Below are positions 8,680-18,575 of a DNA stretch of 64,000 nt, one piece after another. The stretch's first letter is position 1; every line of letters starts with the position of its first letter. The notes beneath the pieces were generated by a model, which did not search any database, was not told where the DNA came from, and saw only the letters and a list, made by a program, of their open reading frames with translations. A program made the translations under genes and the position numbers. This DNA is from a virus. The stretch is from positions 1 to 64,000 of IMG/VR virus record IMGVR_UViG_3300025122_000008; one strand, 5' to 3'.

Positions 8680-11600
8680 ATGGCCAATACACGACTAATC
8701 ACAGACTGGCTTTCTAAGGAAGTATTAATACCATATGCCGACGGTGAACTAAACTATATCATTGTTACGGCCCCGGCCGAATATTCCGACCTTTCAAAAG
8801 AAGAGATAATATCGGGCTTTGAAAATCGAATTTTCGGTGATGCAATACGGGGTTTTCTTAAATTCTATTATCCTGAGATGTACTACGCGGGAATGGATCC
8901 CGACGATCTTGCAGATCGACTAGAACAAAGGTTTTTAGCAACACTAGCTACGATAAACGAAAGGGCAGCCGGCGACGAAGACCTGCGCCAGATCGACCCG
9001 AATCGATTCCCTGCGGAAAACATGGGCCAGCTGTCCGCGGATTGGAATTATGAAAAAGCCGACGAACTCTATGATCAAATTAGAGCCGACGTATCAATAG
9101 TGTCGGCAAGAAAGAAGCGCCGCCCGGGTTCTCGTTGGCATTTTCTGGTTGCAACTAATTTAGACGTTGGTAATATCTACGACGTTCGATCACCCGCATA
9201 TGATACGGTGTCCACTAGCTTCGATCTTGCTAGAGAATGGTGGTATGAAAACAATGATATTACTGCTGGGAACTCCGGAACTGTAGTAACTTTAAAATGG
9301 GCCAACATCAATAAAGAATATCAAAAGATTGAAACTCTTTTTTCAAAATATAATATACAAAAAAGGCATTTTGATGGACAGATAATACCAGATATCGATT
9401 TTGGGCAAGAGGCTCTTCAACTGGCAGACGCAATAAGTATGATAAGAACAATTATCAGATTAAATGGGTTTAGCTCGAACACATCCCAAAACGATGAAGT
9501 TACAATACTTTTAGACGCCGCCTATAAATTAAAAAAAATCTCCTATATGCAACCAAACGTGTCCTTGAACTATGTTCAATGTAACGTGGGCTATTTTGTA
9601 TATAGCCTAAAAAATCCTTTCGATAATTTTCAGACCATGGTTTATTTGAGTAAATGGAAAAACTTACTCGATCTAACAGATCCTTCTTACAATTATGATA
9701 AACGATACAGCATTTTTATTAATTTTATAAAAGATTATTCCAGCTCTTATCTAAGAGAATATGAAATAAACTATTGTGGCACCCCCCACAGCCCGCCGGC
9801 GATGGCTGGCGTACAGGACAGTTTTACGACACCCATTCAAGATAATTCGGCTTTTGGCGGCCCGAATTCGATTGATGTTGATGGGACCATGGAGTCAACA
9901 GGCTTGTTCGGTGCCAAAAATAAAACCTTGTATTTAAGATTTTCCAACGTACAGTTACAAAGCAAGGTCATGAAAAACCCTGTAAACAAGAAGCTCATAT
10001 TGGAAGATCAGTATTCCAAGGTAGAACAGAAGGCAGAAGACGCGATTAAAAAAGTAATGGAAGGCCTCAGAAAGATTCAGAATTCTGAGGAGATGTCCAT
10101 TATCAAAGACGTTCTCAACAAAGTAGGCATTGATGTTATAATTATAGAAGCTATTAAATGTCTCGCGTTTAACTCCAATTTTGATCCGAATAGTGTTAGA
10201 TCAGACATACGAGATCTGGTGTCTGAAACCGGAGATCTCTGGGCCGGCCGAAAGCCACCCATGGGAATTAAATTGCCCGATATAGAAATAAAGATTCCTA
10301 TATTTTCCATGACTGGCGGTCTGGATAAGATCATGCTAAAGATGATCGAGGATGCGCTGATGGAGATTGTCGCCGCGCTGATTCAAGCCATGGCAGATAT
10401 AATTAGAGACTCGTGCGCGGCGAAGGATTTATCAGGAGGAGACTATGGTGAGTTAGATTTGTCGGACATGTTTAATATAAATCCGGATAAAGATACTCCT
10501 GATGTGCTAGGCGAAACAGAAGGAACTCCCTTACATGCGTGTTTTGAGGCAAATAATATTCCAACTGCAGTCGGAATGCAGTATATATCTCGGGTTTCGA
10601 ACATATTAAACCCTTCTGAGATTTGTCAACTTTTAAAAATGTCTGCTCCGGTTAATGTGGTGGAAGCGGTTAGAGAGTTTAATGAAGCCTATGAGGAGCC
10701 AGCAATTGTTGAAAATCTAAATACACATACGGCGATAGTGACCTTTTTTGGCTGTTTGGGCGATATGGTAGATATTGATTCTATTTGTGATACGCTAGTA
10801 AGCAATAATATCCTCCCCAATGTGGATGATGTTTGTTTTAATGAGTCTAACCTATTATCTGCGACCGATCTGTTTAATTTAAACAACCTCTTAGATATGC
10901 TTGAAAATGGAATACAGCTGGAAATTCCTGAAATAAACATAACATGCCCCACCAAGCCGGGGTATATACCAAACCCTCTTGTTGATAGGTCTATACCACA
11001 GTTAATAAGCGCTCTTGCGGAGTCTGTGGCGATTAATTTTTATCTATCTGTTGATGGCCTCAAGGCTGTTTTACTAACATCTACGACGTCAGCTGGGGAC
11101 TCCGCTGCCGCATGCGCACTTGAGCTTGCGCCCGAAGGTCCCGGCTTTACGACCCCAGAAGAGGGCGCGGGTGTCGACTCCGGCCCCAATAGCCCCATGG
11201 GGAAGATGGCCAAGGGCCTTCGTGACCTGGCTGATAAGTTTTCCGAGCCCAACGACTTCCGGGAGCTGATGAAGGACTGCGGCATGGCCGAGGATGGTTC
11301 CGATATATTTGGAGGAGCGGACAATCTCACCGCGGCCGTCGACGCGCTGGCCGAGCTTTTAGAAAACTTTGATTTTTCAGCAGCGGTTCAGCTGGGCAAC
11401 GATATGGATGCGGCTGCTGAGGCAAGCGCCAATGGTATTTTACCTTTAGCTAACTATGAATTTCCCCAATCCTATAAGGACGCTTTAAAAGACCTGGTTC
11501 CAGACATATCGTTTAATTCAATCAGGTACCGCCCGACCTTCGACTGGATCGAAGTTTTAAAAGACGAGCCGGAGCTGCACACCGACTTCTTTAGGGCGGG

Positions 11601-14600
11601 TAAGACCAGGTCCCACGGTACCGGGAGCCATGGCTCTCCAAAGCATCTTCACTTCCGATTTACGGATGGTGGGTGGTCGATGGCCAATATTGAAAAAGAG
11701 GTAATAAAATATGGCGGTGGTGGGTCCCCGCGCGCTGCCAGAGCAGCGCCGGGCCTCACAGGGGGGGACGAGATCATCTTATCGGTTTCCATTACCGGTC
11801 CGACCGTGTTTAGAGATAATCCAACTTTTATAGCCGAAACATATAATAGGCAAGAGCTTCTTGACAATCTGGGTACGGTAGCCGATAACTATGTCACTTC
11901 GAAGTTACACAACCCAGCACTTGATGCTTTTGCCGGTATGGCACTTTCTTCTTTTAAGAACTTCTTGGAAGGACACGAAAATGTTGTTGATACCCCCGAA
12001 TGCCGCGATAGTTGGCTAGAAGACTTCTTTAAAGCTAATCAAAGGAGTTATCATCATTCAGTAACTGCTGGACTTGTTAATGGCTTTACTGAGTATATAC
12101 TTGGACATGGTCGATTTAGTACTGAAAGCTTTATGAAAATGCTCCTTCGTCGCGACAATACAAATTGTATTAATGACCCATCAAAGGTGGGGGATCTGAT
12201 GGATATGAATGGTATTGTTAAAGACGTACAAGACGAATATAATGATTCAATGTGCAACGACACTATGTCGATGGAAGATACATTAGATGGGTGTATAATT
12301 TTCGGAGCACAACTTTTATTTTTCCAAATAGCCGCGGTTAAGTTTTTCTTGAAAAATGTGAGTGCCCTTTCCGCATTTAAATTGTCTGAAGTGTGGAAAT
12401 TAAATGTTGTAAGAGATTTTGTAACGGCTACTGTTTTTCGCGAGGCTCAACGCTATATAGAAAATTCAAGTGCCTCTACCTCTGTAGGAGACTTTACGAC
12501 CAAATTTGTTGAACACGCAAATGAATGGATGGGAAGAAAAATAAATCGGGAGGATCCAAAACTCGACCGGGACGTATTAGATACATTGGGTATTAATTCT
12601 GATAGGCTTAGCGATCTTTTGATCGATAATAACGCACTTAAGTATATTTTGATGTGGAGAATGAAAAGATCAGCCACCGCTGTCGGTAATATAATATCTA
12701 AGCCCGGCGCCGGCCCGCAGGACGCAAGGTCGATAGAGGATATTTTTATAAGATTTATTCTTGGGTTTGCAGCACCACTCGGTGGTGTACCTTTTCACAA
12801 AGGTACGGTGGATGTGGAGAACGCGTTGGCCACCTCTACTAATATTTGGAATCATAAAATTTCTATCGACAGCACCGTTCCCGGTATTAAGGAATTATTT
12901 GCATACGGTGGATTCAAACTAGAGCCTTACTTAACGTGGGACGCGAACACCTGGGACATCCAGCCCGGCGACACGGGCGTAGAAAATATTATTGCTTCTA
13001 AGCCAGTTTATACCAGCAGACTTATGTTAACCGGCGTCGAAGACGAAGACGGCGCCTCTCTATCGAAATTACGACGCTATATACAAATTAATGATCCCCA
13101 TGCATCGGCCCGGGCGGCCGCCGCTGCCGCCGCAGGAATCCCGGAGCCCCCGGGGCCCATGGACTATAAAACACTTATCAATCCCAAACTCAAATATCGA
13201 CTGGTATATTATGTCCCGGCTGAATACGATCGAAACTTTGGGGACGTCGAGGCGAAGAAGCGCAAATTTAGAACAATTTCCACCTTGCTAAAGGAATATA
13301 TCGAGCTTGATTACAGTGAAGAAGACGAAGACGCCGCCCTCGAATCGGGTATTCTTGACACTAGCAAGCTTAATAAGATATTCAATGATCGTGAAGCGTT
13401 TATTCCGCTTTCTATATATAAACCTCGGGTTCAATCTTCTGAACAGGTGGATTCGACTATAAGTCTTTCGCTTCCACAATGGGAGCCGTATTATTCAGCT
13501 GACGATCCCGACACCGGCTGCGGCTACATGAATCGCACGCATTCTGGCCACTTCGGTCAGTACCGAGACCCTTCGAACGGGCACCTCCACGGCGAACCAC
13601 CAGCTTTCTGCAATGATCCCGGGTATCCCGAATCGACGCCTCTACAAGAAGGTCATGGGTGGGCCTGGATAAGAGATAAGGGCCTGGACACCGACGACGA
13701 CGGGGATGTAGACGCATCGGAGTTGCCCTGGGATGATCCCGCCGGCCACTACGAACAGCAGCCGCTTACTGAAGAAGTAACCGAGACGATGGACACCTCT
13801 ATACCGGCAAACTTTAGAAATGAGGTAGCCAGCTTTGGTATACCAATAATGGAATTTTCGGTACCAGAGCTAGATCGAGGTGAAATTACTTTGGCCGAAG
13901 TGAAAGACTATTATCCAACTAAATCTAGCCAGCACTCACACAACTTAAAGAGTTCTCCGGATTATCCAAAATTTCAATATTTCTTCTCAAAGATTTTTGA
14001 TAGAGACCTGGCCCTGACAACTGCGTTAATGAATAATTTCTATCAATCAGAAACCAGATTCTCTTCCGGAATCAATGAGTTGTTTTATGGTACCGTTGAT
14101 TCAGCGGCATATTTGTTTTTGACAGCGATGGAGACCCCACGCGGCTCGGGCATCCGAGAGGACAGGTCCGTGGGTATTCCCGGAGTTCAAAATCCTACTG
14201 GTGGTGCCCCCGCGATTGACATGAGAGGATATATACTCAAGGCCCTAATGGAAACGCCCCTTAAAATTCTTAGAGGAGTGTGCGAAACTATGGACCCTCA
14301 CGTGGCAATCATGAAAATAATACGAGACGTTACTGGTCAAGTTATAGACCAGGTTATTGACGGAATGGAGATGGGGCTAGAAGTTGCCGGTGAAGCGGAT
14401 CCAACCGGGGTATTAAATGCAATTGATATAAAAGCAGAAGGCCTCGTCGATTTAATGTTCTGCGGGATTAACGAAGCCAATGAGGAAATGATTGATGATT
14501 TATGGGACCCTGCTGAACTTTCTGCCAACGACGCATGTTTTGATATTGGTATCAATGCACCCCCGCCACCGTCTCTGCTTCCCAAATTTGAGAAGACGGG

Positions 14601-14742
14601 TATAGATTTTACCGGAACATTACCAGGATTGTTTATGATGCCTCCTGGCCCATTTGGTATATTGTATTTTCTTTTGGGCCTTTTGGACCTAGACAAGGCA
14701 GAAGACGAGGCCCTTCTAGAAGAAGAAGAGGATTCTTGTTAA
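8680..14742 (+). CDS. Very large hypothetical virion/baseplate-region protein (2020 aa)
   Basis: Long open frame between the spike-like gene and gp25. Helical and acidic, with GC-rich patches and an EF-hand-like loop. No family recognised. Confidence 0.6.
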   Translation: MANTRLITDWLSKEVLIPYADGELNYIIVTAPAEYSDLSKEEIISGFENRIFGDAIRGFLKFYYPEMYYAGMDPDDLADRLEQRFLATLATINERAAGDEDLRQIDPNRFPAENMGQLSADWNYEKADELYDQIRADVSIVSARKKRRPGSRWHFLVATNLDVGNIYDVRSPAYDTVSTSFDLAREWWYENNDITAGNSGTVVTLKWANINKEYQKIETLFSKYNIQKRHFDGQIIPDIDFGQEALQLADAISMIRTIIRLNGFSSNTSQNDEVTILLDAAYKLKKISYMQPNVSLNYVQCNVGYFVYSLKNPFDNFQTMVYLSKWKNLLDLTDPSYNYDKRYSIFINFIKDYSSSYLREYEINYCGTPHSPPAMAGVQDSFTTPIQDNSAFGGPNSIDVDGTMESTGLFGAKNKTLYLRFSNVQLQSKVMKNPVNKKLILEDQYSKVEQKAEDAIKKVMEGLRKIQNSEEMSIIKDVLNKVGIDVIIIEAIKCLAFNSNFDPNSVRSDIRDLVSETGDLWAGRKPPMGIKLPDIEIKIPIFSMTGGLDKIMLKMIEDALMEIVAALIQAMADIIRDSCAAKDLSGGDYGELDLSDMFNINPDKDTPDVLGETEGTPLHACFEANNIPTAVGMQYISRVSNILNPSEICQLLKMSAPVNVVEAVREFNEAYEEPAIVENLNTHTAIVTFFGCLGDMVDIDSICDTLVSNNILPNVDDVCFNESNLLSATDLFNLNNLLDMLENGIQLEIPEINITCPTKPGYIPNPLVDRSIPQLISALAESVAINFYLSVDGLKAVLLTSTTSAGDSAAACALELAPEGPGFTTPEEGAGVDSGPNSPMGKMAKGLRDLADKFSEPNDFRELMKDCGMAEDGSDIFGGADNLTAAVDALAELLENFDFSAAVQLGNDMDAAAEASANGILPLANYEFPQSYKDALKDLVPDISFNSIRYRPTFDWIEVLKDEPELHTDFFRAGKTRSHGTGSHGSPKHLHFRFTDGGWSMANIEKEVIKYGGGGSPRAARAAPGLTGGDEIILSVSITGPTVFRDNPTFIAETYNRQELLDNLGTVADNYVTSKLHNPALDAFAGMALSSFKNFLEGHENVVDTPECRDSWLEDFFKANQRSYHHSVTAGLVNGFTEYILGHGRFSTESFMKMLLRRDNTNCINDPSKVGDLMDMNGIVKDVQDEYNDSMCNDTMSMEDTLDGCIIFGAQLLFFQIAAVKFFLKNVSALSAFKLSEVWKLNVVRDFVTATVFREAQRYIENSSASTSVGDFTTKFVEHANEWMGRKINREDPKLDRDVLDTLGINSDRLSDLLIDNNALKYILMWRMKRSATAVGNIISKPGAGPQDARSIEDIFIRFILGFAAPLGGVPFHKGTVDVENALATSTNIWNHKISIDSTVPGIKELFAYGGFKLEPYLTWDANTWDIQPGDTGVENIIASKPVYTSRLMLTGVEDEDGASLSKLRRYIQINDPHASARAAAAAAAGIPEPPGPMDYKTLINPKLKYRLVYYVPAEYDRNFGDVEAKKRKFRTISTLLKEYIELDYSEEDEDAALESGILDTSKLNKIFNDREAFIPLSIYKPRVQSSEQVDSTISLSLPQWEPYYSADDPDTGCGYMNRTHSGHFGQYRDPSNGHLHGEPPAFCNDPGYPESTPLQEGHGWAWIRDKGLDTDDDGDVDASELPWDDPAGHYEQQPLTEEVTETMDTSIPANFRNEVASFGIPIMEFSVPELDRGEITLAEVKDYYPTKSSQHSHNLKSSPDYPKFQYFFSKIFDRDLALTTALMNNFYQSETRFSSGINELFYGTVDSAAYLFLTAMETPRGSGIREDRSVGIPGVQNPTGGAPAIDMRGYILKALMETPLKILRGVCETMDPHVAIMKIIRDVTGQVIDQVIDGMEMGLEVAGEADPTGVLNAIDIKAEGLVDLMFCGINEANEEMIDDLWDPAELSANDACFDIGINAPPPPSLLPKFEKTGIDFTGTLPGLFMMPPGPFGILYFLLGLLDLDKAEDEALLEEEEDSC

Positions 14743-14767
14743 TTTGTGTACAATTCTATTAACAATT

Positions 14768-14774
14768 CTATTTA
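14768..14774 (+). promoter_or_regulatory. Putative late promoter motif CTATTTA
   Basis: Intergenic, upstream of the AAGGAG RBS of gp25, inside a tandem ACAATTCTATT duplication. Confidence 0.45.
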
Positions 14775-14798
14775 TTTTAAAAAGGAGTATGGTTACTA

Positions 14799-15203
14799 AT
14801 GTCAGCAAATGATCAAGGTTTATCTGTGGCACTTCCTCTGACTGTAGATCCTACATTCGGCCCATATGGTTTAAACACCACATATGAAGACCTAGCAAAA
14901 CAAAATCTTAAAATGCTTTTGTTAACCAACAGGGGTGAAAGAATAATGCATCCCAATTTTGGTGTAGGCCTTAGATCTTATTTATTTGAACAAAACTCGC
15001 CCGTAACTTTTGGAGAGATTGATAGGACTATAAGAAAACAGGTTGATAGATATCTTCCATACATTGGAATTAATACAATAAAGTTTTCTACTTCGGAGGT
15101 TGGCAACGAATTTGATCCTAATTTTATGGGGGTAACAATATATTTTACAATATTACCAATACAGGTATCAACATTTTTGCAGATAAGTGCCGACGAAGGC
15201 TAA
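14799..15203 (+). CDS. Baseplate wedge subunit, gp25-like
   Basis: QNLKMLLLTNRGERIMHPNFGVGLRSYLFE...RYLPYI, the GPW/gp25 signature. Confidence 0.92.
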   Translation: MSANDQGLSVALPLTVDPTFGPYGLNTTYEDLAKQNLKMLLLTNRGERIMHPNFGVGLRSYLFEQNSPVTFGEIDRTIRKQVDRYLPYIGINTIKFSTSEVGNEFDPNFMGVTIYFTILPIQVSTFLQISADEG

Positions 15204-15206
15204 TTA
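15200..15206 (+). promoter_or_regulatory. Putative late promoter motif CTAATTA
   Basis: Overlaps the gp25 stop, upstream of gp6. Confidence 0.35.
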
Positions 15207-15231
15207 AATAGAATAATTGGAACTTTAACTT

Positions 15232-17031
15232 ATGCCCAAGAAACTACAACCCATTAACTATACTAGCCGTAATTTTGATAGTATCCGTCGGGATTTAGAA
15301 AATTATGCTAAAAGATATTACCCCAACACTTTTAAGGATTTTAATGAGGCTAGCTTCGGCTCGCTAATGCTGGACACTGTTTCGTATGTTGGGGATATAT
15401 TATCTTTTTATTTAGATTATCAAACAAACGAATCTTTTTTAGATAGTGCTATTGAATACAACAACGTTATTCGATTAGCTCGCCAAATGGGCTTTAAATT
15501 AAGTCCAAGCCCTTCTTCATATGGCCTTGTTACATTTTATATTGAAATTCCTTCTACTACAACTGCTGGTGGAACACCTAACACCAATTATGCACCCATA
15601 CTCAAAGCGGGCTCACAGTTTTCTTCTGTTGGTGGCGGCACGTATACGCTTTTAGAAAATGTAGATTTCGCCAAGTCATCAAATTTAATGGTAGCCGGCG
15701 CAGTAAATTCTACTACTGGCGCACCCACAACGTATGTTATTCGCGCACAGGGTCGTATAGTTTCGGGAAGAGTTACTAGAGAAACCATCACATTAGGAGG
15801 TTTCCAGAGATTTTTAAAGATACCACTGAAATCTAACAAGGTAGCTGACATTATTTCTGTAAAAGATTCCGAAAGTCATATGTACTACGAAGTTGACAAT
15901 TTATCACAAAATGTGATTTATAAGGCAATTAACAACAACAACTCCGATCGAAATACCGCTCCGTCTATTTTGAAAGCTGTTCCGGTTGCACGAAGGTTTG
16001 TGTTGGAATATGATGGCGAAACTGCGTATATGCAGTTTGGGTACGGATCTGACTCAGAGCTTTTGTCTGAATCAATAGTCGACCCCTCAGAGGTGGTTTT
16101 AGACCTACATGGGCGTAATTATATTACTGATACAGAATTTGATCCAACCAGACTTATAAGTACAGACAAATTTGGCATTGCTCCGTCAAATACAACTCTC
16201 ACCATAGCTTATCGAGTTAATACCACGCAGGATGTTAATGCCGCGGTTAACAGCGTAACGCAAGTTGGTGCTGCCAATTTTAAGTTTAGAAATGCCGGAG
16301 CCCTTAGTCTTGATACCAGAGAGACGGTTAGAACATCGTTAGAGCTTACGAATGAAAATCCGATAGTGGGGGACGTTTCTCTTCCATCATCCGACGAAAT
16401 ACGTCAAAGGGTAATTGCGCATTATGCGGCCCAACACCGCGCCGTGACATTAGAAGACTATCAGGCAATCACTTATGGCATGCCGGCAAAATATGGATCT
16501 TTAAAGAGATGCGTTGCATCGCGTGATTTCAGCGAGTTTAAACGAAATATTAATTTATATGTTATATCAGAAGACCCAGAGACGATGAGATTAACTTCTG
16601 CCAACAGTACACTTAAATTGAATTTAAAAACTTGGCTTTCGCGGTATAAAATGGTGAATGACACCATTGACATATTAAACGCGAGAATAGTCAACTTTGG
16701 AGTGGAGTATATAATAGTCACTGATTACGAAACCAATAGATTTACGGCCCTTAATCTGGCTAACGCTGCGCTTAGAAAATACTTTAGCAAGGTGGGCGAC
16801 ATTGGTGAGCCTGTATATATTTCTGATATGTATAGGGTACTTCAGGATGTTCCCGGGATTATTGACGTTTTAACAGTTAGGGCTGTTAATAAATCCGGCG
16901 GTATTTATTCCAGTTATGCATATGATTTTGATGGTGCGACGTCGGCCGACGGCCGTCGTATTGATGGTGCAAAGGATATTATTTTTGAATTAAAATATCC
17001 AGACGCTGATATTAAAGGATCGGTAAGATAA
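15232..17031 (+). CDS. Baseplate wedge subunit, gp6-like (baseplate J family)
   Basis: NYTSRNFDSIRRDL, DFNEASFG.LMLD..SYVGDILSFYLD, ESFLDSA, LARQMG, QFGYG, RAVTLEDY. Confidence 0.9.
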   Translation: MPKKLQPINYTSRNFDSIRRDLENYAKRYYPNTFKDFNEASFGSLMLDTVSYVGDILSFYLDYQTNESFLDSAIEYNNVIRLARQMGFKLSPSPSSYGLVTFYIEIPSTTTAGGTPNTNYAPILKAGSQFSSVGGGTYTLLENVDFAKSSNLMVAGAVNSTTGAPTTYVIRAQGRIVSGRVTRETITLGGFQRFLKIPLKSNKVADIISVKDSESHMYYEVDNLSQNVIYKAINNNNSDRNTAPSILKAVPVARRFVLEYDGETAYMQFGYGSDSELLSESIVDPSEVVLDLHGRNYITDTEFDPTRLISTDKFGIAPSNTTLTIAYRVNTTQDVNAAVNSVTQVGAANFKFRNAGALSLDTRETVRTSLELTNENPIVGDVSLPSSDEIRQRVIAHYAAQHRAVTLEDYQAITYGMPAKYGSLKRCVASRDFSEFKRNINLYVISEDPETMRLTSANSTLKLNLKTWLSRYKMVNDTIDILNARIVNFGVEYIIVTDYETNRFTALNLANAALRKYFSKVGDIGEPVYISDMYRVLQDVPGIIDVLTVRAVNKSGGIYSSYAYDFDGATSADGRRIDGAKDIIFELKYPDADIKGSVR

Positions 17032-18575
17032 TGGCAATTAAAAGATATGTAGCCGCTGTGGACAACACGATAGCCAATGCTTTTGAGGCCAACCTGTCAA
17101 CTCGGGGCACCGGTTCAAATATGGGCGCTGCTGATAGCTTGGAGGTTTTTTCCTTGTACGGGCAGGTTTCTTCATCGACAGGCCCCAGTAACGAACTTTC
17201 TAGAATACTTATAAAATTTCCTATTGCAGGCACTCTAACCGCTAGCGCGCCAGATATACTTGCTGATCGAAATGCTAGTAAAATTCCTGCTAGTGGTAGT
17301 GTTAATTTTTATTTGAAGCTTTATAACGCGGAACATCCCTATACCCTTGGAAAGGATTACCAATTAAATATTTATCCCGTTTCTTCTTCTTGGGAAGAGG
17401 GATATGGTCTAGATATGGAGGAGTATAAAGATCTCACCTATGATAGTACCGGGTCTAATTGGGATCGCCGCGGGAACGCAGGCGCCTGGAATACAGGTAG
17501 CGGCGGCGGAGATTATAGATCTGATTATAATTTTACAGCTAGCTTCCTAAATGGTTGGGAAGATCTTGAAGTTGATGTAACGCCCGCGGTGGAAAGGTGG
17601 ATGCAAACGTCTGGGACCTCGCTACACTTTGACAATCACGGATTTTTAATTAAGCTCACCAACAATCAAGAGTCTGCTAGCTTTTCATATTACACAAAAA
17701 AGTTTTTCGCTCGTTCAACAGAGTTTTTCTATAAAAGACCAGTTATTGAAGCGCGTTGGGATTCTCGCACAAAAGATGATCGTGGAGATTTTTATTATAG
17801 TAGTTCGTTGGCGCCTGCCGCAGATAATTTGAATACAATATATATGTATAATTATGTAAGAGGTCGTTTAATAGATATTCCCAATTCTTCTAGTGTGGGC
17901 CTTACGGGATCTCTGCTGGTAAGTGTTTATTCGGGATCTACAGTCCCGACCGCCTCAAAATTACTTTTGCCGGCTGGCGGAGGAGTTGCTGCAGCATCGG
18001 ATTACAATATCACAGGCGGGTGGGTATCAACTGGAATTTATTCGGCATCCCTTGCTTTAACGGCAGCCGCCACTTCTTTAACAAAAATTTTTGATGTTTG
18101 GCATGATGGTACGGAAGAAACTAAAGGAAGCAATATTGAATATTATACAAGCTCATTTGCTCCTCAAAAACTAAGCGCCCATAATAATGCGCCCACTTTT
18201 GAGTATGTTTCTAATATAACAAATCTTAGATCTCAATATATGCGTACGGAAGACGCGCGCTTTCGATTTTTTATTAGAGAAAGAAACTGGAACCCAACCA
18301 TATATTCAGTTGCTACGGCGGCAATATCGAACACAACGCTAGTAAGCGCCTCATATAAGGTTTTAAGATTGACGGACGAGCTAGAAGTAATTCCATACGG
18401 CACCGGTAGTGATTATCAAACATATCTTTCTTATGATGTTTCCGGAAACTATTTTGATTTAGACATGAATCTTCTCGAAAAGGATTATGCATATGGTATT
18501 AAACTGGCATATTACAACAACTCGATTGGTTCTTGGGTAGAACAACCAGAGATGTTTAAATTTAGAGTAGAATAA
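17031..18575 (+). CDS. Virion structural protein with DNRLRE-like beta-sandwich
   Basis: SRILIKF, FYLKLYN, SWEEG.G, DLEVDVTPAVERW, NHGFLIKL, KKFFARSTE, RPVIEARWD. Baseplate context. Confidence 0.55.
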   Translation: MAIKRYVAAVDNTIANAFEANLSTRGTGSNMGAADSLEVFSLYGQVSSSTGPSNELSRILIKFPIAGTLTASAPDILADRNASKIPASGSVNFYLKLYNAEHPYTLGKDYQLNIYPVSSSWEEGYGLDMEEYKDLTYDSTGSNWDRRGNAGAWNTGSGGGDYRSDYNFTASFLNGWEDLEVDVTPAVERWMQTSGTSLHFDNHGFLIKLTNNQESASFSYYTKKFFARSTEFFYKRPVIEARWDSRTKDDRGDFYYSSSLAPAADNLNTIYMYNYVRGRLIDIPNSSSVGLTGSLLVSVYSGSTVPTASKLLLPAGGGVAAASDYNITGGWVSTGIYSASLALTAAATSLTKIFDVWHDGTEETKGSNIEYYTSSFAPQKLSAHNNAPTFEYVSNITNLRSQYMRTEDARFRFFIRERNWNPTIYSVATAAISNTTLVSASYKVLRLTDELEVIPYGTGSDYQTYLSYDVSGNYFDLDMNLLEKDYAYGIKLAYYNNSIGSWVEQPEMFKFRVE

